From: Deltaproteobacteria bacterium
GTDB taxonomy: Bacteria; Myxococcota; Kuafuiibacteriia; Kuafuiibacteriales; Kuafuiibacteriaceae
DNA: 64,000 nucleotides
Assembly (NCBI GenBank): GCA_040218735.1
Contig: JAVJQW010000070.1
Coordinates: 320,001-384,000 of the forward strand
Direction: 5' to 3'
In this document: piece after piece, positions 11,226 to 19,922 of the stretch
Layout: the number at the start of each line of letters is the position of its first letter
Numbering within the stretch: position 1 is the stretch's first letter
Made by a program: the position numbers and the translations under genes
Notes under the pieces: generated by a model
Seen by the model: only the letters and a program-made list of their open reading frames with translations
Database searches by the model: none
What the model was told of the DNA's origin: nothing

Positions 11226-13913
11226 CTGGCGGAGGCGACCTACCACGTCCGGAATCCCGATGGTTCGGAGCTCATAGGGCTCACGGAGACGGACGTGTGC
11301 GCCGCGATCGAGGCGGGACGCATCGACTTCGACGCCGTCGCCTCCACCGACGCGTCGCCCGGCTTCCTCCCCGTCGCGAACCTTCCGCGCTTTCGGCGCG
11401 CGTTCGAAGAGCGCCTTCGCGCGGGCGCGCTGAACCTCGACGACCGGCCGCTGGTCGGCGCGTTCGAGGGCCCCTTCGTCGAGGACGAGCCGACCCCGTC
11501 GAGCAGCGCACACCTCGTGGTGCCGGTGCCCGACGCGACCGGCGCCGCGCCGCCCGGGCTGGTGATGGTGCCCGGGCTCCTCGACGAGAGCGACGAGCAC
11601 GACCAGGACGCCACCTCCGACAACGCGAGCACCGGCCACATCACCGACCGCGACACGCTGATCGGCGGCGACGCCTCCGAGGGACACGACACGTTCATCC
11701 AGGGCGCAGCCCCGTCGGAGGCCACCGCGGACCTCGACGCCGAGCGCGCGGAGGCGGACGCGATCGCCGACCGGGCGGACGCGGCGGCGTTCGCCGTCGA
11801 TGGGTTCGGCGTCGGCGGGTTCGGCGCCGGCGAGGCGTTGGAGGGGGTCGCCGCGAACCCAGATACCGGCCGCGGCGACCCGGCGCTGGAGGCTGCGTTC
11901 GGCGCCCAGGACGATGCGGCTTCGAGGGCCGGCGCCGCCTTCGGGGCCGCCGGGAGCGAGGTGCCCCCGCTCGACAGCGATCCCAACCTCCGCACGGCGT
12001 TCGGCGCGCCGAGCCACAACACACCCAGCCCGCGCGCGCGGCCCGGCCACGACGTGCCGGCGCTCGACAGCGACTCCGGCCTCCGCACCGCCTTCGCCCC
12101 CGCCGGACACGACGTCCCGGCGGTCGACAGCGACGCCGGCCTCCGCACCGCCTTCACGCCCGCCGACCGAGGCGTGTCCCATCGCGGTGACGCCAGCCCA
12201 CGCACTCCGCTCGCCGGCCACGACGTCCCCGCGCTCGACAGCGACTCCGGCCTCCGCACCGCCTTCGCGCCCGCGGGACACGACGTTCCGCCGCCCGACC
12301 ATAACGCCGACGTGCTCGCGCCGGCCGGACACGACGTCCCGTCCCTCGACAGTGACGCCGCGCTCCGCAGCGCCTTCGCGCCGTCCGGACACGACGTCCC
12401 CGCACTCGACAGCGACCCGGGCCTTCGCACCGCGTTCGCTCCGGCCGGACACGACGTCCCCGCCCTCGACAGCGACACGGGCCTTCGCACCGCCTTTGCG
12501 CCCGCCGGACACGACGTCCCGCCGCTGGACAGCGACTCCGGCCTCCGTACCGCCTTCGGCGTGCTGTTGGATCCAGACACGCTGGGCCCCACGACGGATC
12601 CGGCGTCGCCCTCCGGGCGGATCGACGATCCCGAGGCGACCGACGACGCCGCGCTCCTCGCCCACCACGGCGGTGACGCGGCGCCGTCGAGGCCTCCGCC
12701 GAACGGGGGGCGCCTCGAGGACACCGACCACGACGTGGCGGCCGAGCCCGCGAGGGGCCGCGCGCCGGCTGCTTCGGACCTCCTCCGCGTTCCCCCCACG
12801 GGCGACGCGGCGACGGCACGCCTCTCCCGAGCGCGCGACCTCGAGGACACCGAGGACGACGCGGCGGGGCGCACGCTCCCGCGCGCCCGCGTCACGCCCA
12901 CGCCCGACCGAATCGACGGCCCGGACCCCTCCGACGGTGAGCCCCCCACGCTGCGCCCGGGCGACGCGACGGCGGTCGGCGTGCGCACCGTGGTCGGGAC
13001 GCCCGAAGATCGCGACCTCGACACCCTCGTCGGCGGCGGCCTCCCCGACGGCCTCGACATGCCCACCGACTCCGGCGTGCGCGTCACGGGCGCCGACATC
13101 GACGAGGTGCACCCGACCGACACGCAGGTCGCGGTGGTGCACCCGGACGAGGACTTCCAGCCGGAGGACCTTGCGCTCACCAGCCAGGACGATCCGATGC
13201 CCCCCGAGCACACGCCGCCGCCCGCGGACGCCGCGCCGATCGCACACGGCGCGATCGCGATGCCCACCCCGGCGGCACGCTCGATGACCCCGCTGTGGAT
13301 CGTGCTCGGCGCCTGGGTGCTCCTCACGGGGACGATGTTCTTTGCGTCGGTGGCCCGCGACGGCGGCGCGGCCGAGGCGGCCTGGCGCCCCGCGAGCGCC
13401 GTGCTCTGGCTCCGCATCGCCCTCACCGGCGGCGTCGGCGGCCTCCTCGCGTTGGCGCTGAAGCGCGCCCTCCCCGTCACGAAGCAGCTGCTGCGGCTGT
13501 CGTGGGAGTGGGCCGGCATCGCGATCCTCGCCGGCGCCTGCGTGGGTGCGATGGCGCCGTTTTCACGCCCGGAAGCCCCGCTCGCGATCGCGCTGATCCT
13601 CGCCGCGACCCTCGCCATCGCCGAGGAGGCCTTCTTCCGCGGGGTCCTCGGACGGGTCCTCGCGGTCAGCCCGCTGAAGAACCGTACGGCGATCGCGATC
13701 GCCGCGATCCTCTACGGCCTCTACTACGGCACGTACTTCGTCATCTGGCAGCACGACGACCCACTGCAGACCGCGCTCGCGCTCACGATGATCACCGTCG
13801 GCGCCGCGCTGCCCTACGCGATCCTGCAGGACCTCACCAAGGGCGTCCTCGCACCGCTGCTCTGCCACGTCTCGGTCAACGTCGCGGGTGTCCTGGTGCG
13901 CACCTACTTCTGA
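11226..13913 (+). CDS. CPBP (Abi/Rce1) intramembrane metalloprotease with long acidic repeat-rich N-terminal region
   Basis: C-terminal TM bundle with AEEAFFRG and LLCHVSVN; frame is open from 11196, start uncertain (CTG 11226 or GTG 11295); N-terminal YHVRNPDG...IEAGRI resembles a GYF_2-like domain. Confidence 0.75.
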   Translation: MAEATYHVRNPDGSELIGLTETDVCAAIEAGRIDFDAVASTDASPGFLPVANLPRFRRAFEERLRAGALNLDDRPLVGAFEGPFVEDEPTPSSSAHLVVPVPDATGAAPPGLVMVPGLLDESDEHDQDATSDNASTGHITDRDTLIGGDASEGHDTFIQGAAPSEATADLDAERAEADAIADRADAAAFAVDGFGVGGFGAGEALEGVAANPDTGRGDPALEAAFGAQDDAASRAGAAFGAAGSEVPPLDSDPNLRTAFGAPSHNTPSPRARPGHDVPALDSDSGLRTAFAPAGHDVPAVDSDAGLRTAFTPADRGVSHRGDASPRTPLAGHDVPALDSDSGLRTAFAPAGHDVPPPDHNADVLAPAGHDVPSLDSDAALRSAFAPSGHDVPALDSDPGLRTAFAPAGHDVPALDSDTGLRTAFAPAGHDVPPLDSDSGLRTAFGVLLDPDTLGPTTDPASPSGRIDDPEATDDAALLAHHGGDAAPSRPPPNGGRLEDTDHDVAAEPARGRAPAASDLLRVPPTGDAATARLSRARDLEDTEDDAAGRTLPRARVTPTPDRIDGPDPSDGEPPTLRPGDATAVGVRTVVGTPEDRDLDTLVGGGLPDGLDMPTDSGVRVTGADIDEVHPTDTQVAVVHPDEDFQPEDLALTSQDDPMPPEHTPPPADAAPIAHGAIAMPTPAARSMTPLWIVLGAWVLLTGTMFFASVARDGGAAEAAWRPASAVLWLRIALTGGVGGLLALALKRALPVTKQLLRLSWEWAGIAILAGACVGAMAPFSRPEAPLAIALILAATLAIAEEAFFRGVLGRVLAVSPLKNRTAIAIAAILYGLYYGTYFVIWQHDDPLQTALALTMITVGAALPYAILQDLTKGVLAPLLCHVSVNVAGVLVRTYF
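11952..12560 (+). repeat. Coding tandem repeat, about 60 nt / 20 aa (PAGHDVPALDSDSGLRTAFA), 8 full copies plus 1 partial
   Basis: Repeated cacgacgtccc...ctcgacagcgac...ggcctccgcaccgccttc with in-frame variation. Confidence 0.9.
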
Positions 13914-13919
13914 CGCAGG

Positions 13920-15005
13920 TCAGTCCTCTTCGGGGTTGATCGCCAGCTCGTTACCGCGCGCGTCGACGACGCGGATCTCGCAGCGCCGGTTCTTGGCGCG
14001 ACCCTCACGGGTCGCGTTCGACTCGACCGGGTGCCACTCACCGAAGCCCCGCACGGAGAGGCGCTCGGACCCGACCCCGGCGTTCACGAGGTAGTCGACG
14101 ACCGCCCGCGCGCGCCGCGTGGAGAGCGCGAGGTTGAACGCATCCGGGCCCGTCGAGTCGGCGTGTCCGCCGACCTGCACCCGAAGCTCGAGGTGCTCCT
14201 TCAACAGCGACACCGCTCGGTCGAGCGCCGGGTAGTTGTTGGGACGGAGCTTCGCGATGCCCCACGGGAAGAACACGCGTCCGAGCTCCTCGACCACCAT
14301 CTGCGCCGGCACCTGAAGGCGCTGCACGACCTCGATCGGATCCGGCTCAACGGGCTCGGGCTCCGGTTCGGGCTGAGGCTCGGGCGCCGCCAACGCGTCG
14401 GCCACGAAGACCACCGGCGGCGGCTCCTCGTCCTGACGCCACAGCGTGAACGTCAGCCCGGCCGTCACCTCGAAGTGACTCGTGTTGCCCGCGCCCGGCC
14501 CCTCGGCCGCGGTCCAGATCTGCCGTCCGTCGGCGCGCACCGAGAGCCACTCCGCGGCGTAGAACTTCAGGCCCGCACCCCAGTGCAACGAGCGGTCGAC
14601 GTCGTTGCCGACCTCGCTGCGCGAACCGAGGTACCCGCCACCGGCCACCACGAACGGCGTCACGCGCCAGGGGAGCTGGAAGACACCGTGCGCACGCGCC
14701 GTGAAGAGGTTCACCGACTCGTTGCGCGCGTTCTTCTGCGGCATCACGCCGCCCTCGAGCTCGGCGCCCACCCACGCGAGCGGGAAGTACGCCGCGCGGA
14801 GCGAGAGCGTCGGACCGAGGCGATTCAGCGGAGACGGGAAGGACTGCGTCGAGTCGTACAGCTCGTGGTTCTGGGACGGGACGAACGCACCGCTGAAGAT
14901 GCCCAGCTCCAGCATGTTGTCGGTCGGAAACAGGCGCTCCTCGGCCGAGGCCGAGGTGGCCGAGAGCAGGAACAGCGCGGCGAGGCTCGCACGGAGAAAC
15001 AACAT
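13920..15005 (-). CDS. OmpA-family outer membrane protein (beta-barrel, Pro-Glu linker, OmpA_C)
   Basis: Signal peptide MLFLRASLAALFLLSATSASA; GHADSTG, NLALSTRRA and GRAKNRR OmpA_C motifs. Confidence 0.9.
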   Translation of the reverse strand: MLFLRASLAALFLLSATSASAEERLFPTDNMLELGIFSGAFVPSQNHELYDSTQSFPSPLNRLGPTLSLRAAYFPLAWVGAELEGGVMPQKNARNESVNLFTARAHGVFQLPWRVTPFVVAGGGYLGSRSEVGNDVDRSLHWGAGLKFYAAEWLSVRADGRQIWTAAEGPGAGNTSHFEVTAGLTFTLWRQDEEPPPVVFVADALAAPEPQPEPEPEPVEPDPIEVVQRLQVPAQMVVEELGRVFFPWGIAKLRPNNYPALDRAVSLLKEHLELRVQVGGHADSTGPDAFNLALSTRRARAVVDYLVNAGVGSERLSVRGFGEWHPVESNATREGRAKNRRCEIRVVDARGNELAINPEED

Positions 15006-15105
15006 GACCTCCCCGTGTCGATCGGCCCGCCGGGGGCGGCGTTGAAACAGGTGTATCGAAGCGAGCCGTTGCCGTCCGAGACGAAAGCCCGTACCACCTC
15101 GGGCC

Positions 15106-15867
15106 ATGGACAGCCCCCTGAAGGACAAGGTCGCGATCGTCACCGGCGCCAGCCGCGGAATCGGGGAGGCCATCGCGCGCACGATGGCCGCCCAGGGGGC
15201 CCGCGTGGTCCTCGCCTCGCGCAAACAGCCGGGCCTCGACGCCGTGAAGGCGCAGATCGAAGCGGACGGCGGCGAGGCAATCGCGGTCGCGTGTCACACC
15301 GGCGACCCGGAGCAAATCCGCGCGCTCGTCGCGAAGACCGTCGAGACGTACGGGCAGGTCGACGCCCTCGTGAACAACGCGGCGACCAACCCCTACTTCG
15401 GCCCGATGCTCGGGGTCGAGACGGCGGCCTGGGACAAGACGTTCGACGTCAACGTGCGCGGGTACTTCGAAGCGAGCCGCGCCGTCGCCGAGCACCTGAT
15501 GGAGGCCAAACGCCCCGGCGCAATCGTCAACGTGTCGAGCATCCTCGGCCTCCGCGGCGGACGCTTCCAGGGGGTCTACGCGATGACGAAGGCCGCGGTG
15601 ATCTCGATGACGAAGACCCTCGCGATCGAGCTCGGCCCGGAGCAGATCCGCGTCAACGCCGTCGCGCCCGGGTTCATCGAGACCAAGTTCTCGCAGGCGC
15701 TCGTCGACAACCCGCAGATCAAGGAGATGATCCTGACGCGCACCCCGCTCGGTCGCATCGGAGCGCCGGAGGACATCGCGCCGCTGGTGAGCTTCCTCGC
15801 GAGCGACGCGTCGTCGTTCATCACCGGCGCGACGTTCACCGCCGACGGCGGCCTCACCGTGGAGTGA
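15106..15867 (+). CDS. SDR oxidoreductase (DHRS4/glucose 1-dehydrogenase-like)
   Basis: TGASRGIG, NNAATNP, YAMTK. Confidence 0.9.
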   Translation: MDSPLKDKVAIVTGASRGIGEAIARTMAAQGARVVLASRKQPGLDAVKAQIEADGGEAIAVACHTGDPEQIRALVAKTVETYGQVDALVNNAATNPYFGPMLGVETAAWDKTFDVNVRGYFEASRAVAEHLMEAKRPGAIVNVSSILGLRGGRFQGVYAMTKAAVISMTKTLAIELGPEQIRVNAVAPGFIETKFSQALVDNPQIKEMILTRTPLGRIGAPEDIAPLVSFLASDASSFITGATFTADGGLTVE

Positions 15868-17650
15868 GGAGCGCTTCGAGGTTTCGGCGGGCGAGCGTCG
15901 ACGCCGACGGGGCGCGTTCGACCTTCGGCCGGCGCGGCACCTCCCCGAGCTTCACCTCGATCGTCCGCAGCTTCCGACGCCGCGACAGCAACACCTGCAC
16001 CTTCGTGCCCGGCTCGCGGCCCGTGAGATCGCGACCGGCCCCCTCGATGCGATCGCCGTCGTAGGCGATCAGCTCGTCGCCGACCTCGATGCCCGCGACG
16101 TACGCCGGCGTCCCGCGGAGGACCTCCGTCACCACGTTGTCCTTCGAGTGTTCGACGCCGAGGTACGCGGACTCGCTCTTGTCGTTCTTCGCGAAGCGGA
16201 GCCCGTAGAAGTCGAACGCGTCGTCGTAGTCGAACGGCCGGGTGGTCCGCACCATCGACATGACGAGGTCCCGCACCGCGGGGCCGCCGACCGCTTCGAA
16301 GACGTCGAACAACGCTTCGCTCGAGAACCCGACCTCCCCCGCGTACTGCCGGTAGGCCTCGCGCATCACGTCGTCGAGCGATCGTCGACCGCGCGTCGCG
16401 TCGCGGATGGCGGCGTCCGCGAGGAACGCGACCACCGCCCCCTGCGAATAGTAGCTGACCGAAGTGTTGTGGGCGTTTTCGTCGGGCCGGTAGAACTTGA
16501 TCCACGCGTCGTACGACGCCTCCGCCAACGACTGGTGGTGACGCCCCGGCCGCGTCTGGACGCGCTCGATGTTCTTCGACAGCGCCCCGAGCCACTGCGC
16601 TTCCGTCATCAAGCCGGCGCGCGCGAGGAGGAGGTCGTCGTAGTACGACGTGAAGCCTTCCACGAACCACAGGTCCTCCGTGTAGACCTCGTTTTCGTAG
16701 TCGAACGGTCCGAGCGCCCGTGGTCGCAGCCGTTTGCCGTTCCAGGCGTGGAAGAGCTCGTGGCTCATCACGCCGAGCCAGCCGCGATACGCGTCGTCGT
16801 CGCGGGTTGCGAAGCGGGTCCCCATCACGACGGTCGAAGCGCCGTGCTCGAGCCCCCCGCCCGTCTCCACGAGGACGTTCATGAACACGTAGCGATCGAA
16901 CGGCGTGCCGGGCCAGAACGCCTGCTGCGTCGCGGCGAGCTTGGCGACGTCCGTCGCTGCGCGCTCCGTGTCGAAGTCGTCGTCGCCGCCGACCGTCGCA
17001 AGGACGTACTTGGTGCCGTCGATGTCGAACGTCTGCGTGTCGGGCTGGCCGAGCAGGATGGGCGCGTCGACGAGCGCGTCGAAGTCCTTCGCGACGAACC
17101 ACGCGTCCGCGCGGGGGAGCGCCGCCAACGCCTCCGGGTACGGGTGCTCGAGCCGCACGCGGTGTTGGCGATCGAGGTGGTCGACGTCCGTCACGAACAC
17201 CGACGCGCCGTTCAGCATCGCGAAGTCCGCACCGATGAAGCTCCCCCGCACGCTGAGGTCGCGCCCGTAGACGCGGTACGTCAGCTTCACGCCCGCGCGC
17301 CCGGAGGCGTCGACGCGCCAGCGGTTCTTCCGGACCTTTTCGACGGACAGGGGCGCACCGCTGTCGTCGAACGCGCGCACGCCTTCCACGTGCCGCGCGT
17401 ACTCGCGAACCAGGTACGAGCCCGGGGTCCACGTCGGCATCATGAACGTCACGGCGTCGCGACCGTCGGTGGGGACCGCGACCTGCACGTCGACGACGTG
17501 CTGGCGGTGGCCGTCGAACGTGAGGCGATACGTCGTCGCGTCCGGGTCGAGCTCGACGGCGGGGGCCTCGCGCACGCCCGCGTCATGGGGGACGCGGGAC
17601 TTCGCGGGGCACCCGGCGAGCAGAAGCGCGAAGATTGCGAACCGCTTCAT
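15854..17650 (-). CDS. M61-family glycyl aminopeptidase lipoprotein with C-terminal PDZ domain
   Basis: Lipobox LAGC after ATG 17650; WTPGSY, GGLEH, HELFH zinc motif, EGFTSYY. Confidence 0.9.
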   Translation of the reverse strand: MKRFAIFALLLAGCPAKSRVPHDAGVREAPAVELDPDATTYRLTFDGHRQHVVDVQVAVPTDGRDAVTFMMPTWTPGSYLVREYARHVEGVRAFDDSGAPLSVEKVRKNRWRVDASGRAGVKLTYRVYGRDLSVRGSFIGADFAMLNGASVFVTDVDHLDRQHRVRLEHPYPEALAALPRADAWFVAKDFDALVDAPILLGQPDTQTFDIDGTKYVLATVGGDDDFDTERAATDVAKLAATQQAFWPGTPFDRYVFMNVLVETGGGLEHGASTVVMGTRFATRDDDAYRGWLGVMSHELFHAWNGKRLRPRALGPFDYENEVYTEDLWFVEGFTSYYDDLLLARAGLMTEAQWLGALSKNIERVQTRPGRHHQSLAEASYDAWIKFYRPDENAHNTSVSYYSQGAVVAFLADAAIRDATRGRRSLDDVMREAYRQYAGEVGFSSEALFDVFEAVGGPAVRDLVMSMVRTTRPFDYDDAFDFYGLRFAKNDKSESAYLGVEHSKDNVVTEVLRGTPAYVAGIEVGDELIAYDGDRIEGAGRDLTGREPGTKVQVLLSRRRKLRTIEVKLGEVPRRPKVERAPSASTLARRNLEALLTPR

Positions 17651-18282
17651 CCGCCGCTCTTCACCGCGGCTTCGATGCGCTCGAACAGGTCGAGGCGGTC
17701 GACGAGGTCTTCGAGGTAGTCCAGCTCGTCGGTGTCGATCACCAGGGTCTCGGAGAGGTCGTAGCGATCGAACCAGTCCTCGTAGAGCGACTGCAGCCGT
17801 TCGAGGTAGCGGCGCGGGATGTCCTGCTCCTCGGGGCGACCGCGTTGTTTGATGCGGCGACGCACCGTCCGCAGCCCGCACCGCAGGTAGATCATCAAGG
17901 TCGGTGGACGGAGCTCCTGGATGATCGCTTCGTAGAGCGAGCGATACGTGAGGTAGTCGCGCTTCGACATCTTGCGCTGGCGGTACAGGTTCTCCGCGAA
18001 GATCTCTGCGTCCTCGTAGATCGTGCGGTCCTGGATGACCGCCTCGTCGATCGACGAGAGCTGCTGGTGGATCCGAAACTTCGTCGACAGGAAGTACAGC
18101 TGCGAGTGGAATGCCCACTGCTTCATGTCGGCGTAGAAGTCCTCCAGGTACGGGTTCGTCTCGTTCGGCTCGTAGTAGGGGCGCAGCCCGTAGGTCTTGC
18201 TCAGGAACGCGACGAGCGTGGACTTTCCGGCGCCGATGTTGCCGGCGACCGCGATGAAGCGACGGGGTCCGAGGGTCCGCAA
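17647..18282 (-). CDS. Deoxynucleoside kinase (dAK/dGK/dCK family)
   Basis: GNIGAGKST, DRTIYED, RIKQRGRPEE lid. Confidence 0.92.
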   Translation of the reverse strand: MRTLGPRRFIAVAGNIGAGKSTLVAFLSKTYGLRPYYEPNETNPYLEDFYADMKQWAFHSQLYFLSTKFRIHQQLSSIDEAVIQDRTIYEDAEIFAENLYRQRKMSKRDYLTYRSLYEAIIQELRPPTLMIYLRCGLRTVRRRIKQRGRPEEQDIPRRYLERLQSLYEDWFDRYDLSETLVIDTDELDYLEDLVDRLDLFERIEAAVKSGG

Positions 18283-18386
18283 GGTCGGCCGGGACCATAG
18301 CGCAGGCGCGCGCCCGGAACGCCCTTTCGCGGCAGGTGAGACATTGTAGGCAACTCGGACACTTTCAAAACCGATAAGGAACGTAC

Positions 18387-19922
18387 ATGGGGTCGAAGGT
18401 CACGCGCGGCACCGGGACTTCCCTCCTCCAAGTCGACGCCCCAGACGGGTCGAAGGAGGTTCAGGGGAACGAGGCGAACCCCGCTGCGACCGCGCCCGAC
18501 CTGCGGCCCTCGGACCCGGCCACCCGCCCCTCGACGCAGCGCGCCATGACGTCATCGACCGCGTTCGGCCGCTTCGCCAAGCCCGTCGCGGCGGTGATGA
18601 TGGCGGCGACGCTGGGGATGGGGTGCGCCGCGCACGGCCAGACCCTAGAAGACGCGGGCGCGCGTCAGCCGCCCGAGGTCGTCCGCCCGGCCGACTTCGA
18701 CATCACGTCCCCCGACCATCTGGAACCGCCGAACGCCAACACCCGCGACTTCACGTGGGCGCTCAACCGGCTCCAGGAGCGCCGCGACCGCGGGCAGATC
18801 ACGATGGCCCAGTACGTCCGGGCGGAGTCGCTCCTCAGGAGCGCGCTCCTCGGCAACAGCACGGTGACGTTGGCCCGCGACCACAAGGGCCGCGTCGACA
18901 TCGATGCGCTCGTCGCCGTCGGTGACCTCGGCCCCGACGCCGCCAACCTCACGCGCGGTCAGCTCCGCATGCGCCAGCTCGCGGAGACGCTCGAGTTCCG
19001 GATGCGCATCACCGCGCGCGAGATGGCCACCGGCAATTACACGCAGCTCGACGGCGCGCCCGGCTACAAGGAGCTTTCGCAGGACGAGATGCAGGACCTG
19101 CTCACCGACGCGCTCCAGGACATCCCGCTGAACGAGCTCGCTGGCGGGCGCCACCTCGCGGCGCTGGTGAAGAACCTCCCGCTCACCGACGACATCGACG
19201 CGGAGAACATGTCGATCCGCGAGCTGGGCTCGAGGCTCGGCGACGAGTACGGAGACTGGCTGGAGGACAAGGCCAAGCCGCTGATCGAAGGGCGCGAGCT
19301 CGAGGTCGGCTTGGTCGCGTTCGGCGCCGTGACCGCGCTGCGCGCTTCGAGCCCCGACGCCGCGAAGCTGATCGACGGCCTCTCGCCGCGGTCGACGATC
19401 TACTCGTACCACTCGGACGATCGGAACACCGACCTCCGCGCGCGCCTCGCCTACCGCGACCAGCACGTGTTCCCGGACCTCGATCTCGAAGCGCGCACCC
19501 GCTACATCCACGGCGACACGACGTACCGCGCGAGCGTCGGCGGGACGCTGTCGTTCGAAAACGACGACATCCTCACCGGCACCGCCTCGGTCGGCGCACG
19601 CCACGAGTTCTCGAACTTCTCGTACCTCGACGCGTCCGGGACCTACATGACGCAGAACGATCTGTGGCGCGCGAACATCACGTACGGCCGCTACGATCCG
19701 GTCGACGGTTGGAACCTCTCGACCGGGCTGACCGGCGTGTTCGGCGAGGACGTCGCGATCGGCGACGCCAACGGACGCATCCGCTGGGAGACCGACATCA
19801 CGCGCGACATAGAGATCGGTCGCGCGCGGGGTGACTTCGGCTTCTACCTCGGCGTCGGCGCCGACAGCGACTTCGAGAACGACGAAGTGATGGCCGGCGC
19901 GGTGTTCCGGCTCAAGTTCTGA
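18387..19922 (+). CDS. Hypothetical protein; helical middle, probable C-terminal outer-membrane beta-barrel
   Basis: Clean codon usage; internal signal-like segment AAVMMAATLGMGC; amphipathic beta-strands ending in VFRLKF. Confidence 0.65.
   Translation: MGSKVTRGTGTSLLQVDAPDGSKEVQGNEANPAATAPDLRPSDPATRPSTQRAMTSSTAFGRFAKPVAAVMMAATLGMGCAAHGQTLEDAGARQPPEVVRPADFDITSPDHLEPPNANTRDFTWALNRLQERRDRGQITMAQYVRAESLLRSALLGNSTVTLARDHKGRVDIDALVAVGDLGPDAANLTRGQLRMRQLAETLEFRMRITAREMATGNYTQLDGAPGYKELSQDEMQDLLTDALQDIPLNELAGGRHLAALVKNLPLTDDIDAENMSIRELGSRLGDEYGDWLEDKAKPLIEGRELEVGLVAFGAVTALRASSPDAAKLIDGLSPRSTIYSYHSDDRNTDLRARLAYRDQHVFPDLDLEARTRYIHGDTTYRASVGGTLSFENDDILTGTASVGARHEFSNFSYLDASGTYMTQNDLWRANITYGRYDPVDGWNLSTGLTGVFGEDVAIGDANGRIRWETDITRDIEIGRARGDFGFYLGVGADSDFENDEVMAGAVFRLKF

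Noticed and set aside
11952-12560. Regularly spaced ~60-nt repeats resembling a CRISPR array
   Set aside because: The repeats are in-frame and mostly contiguous, vary at codon level, lack unique spacers, and no cas genes are present.
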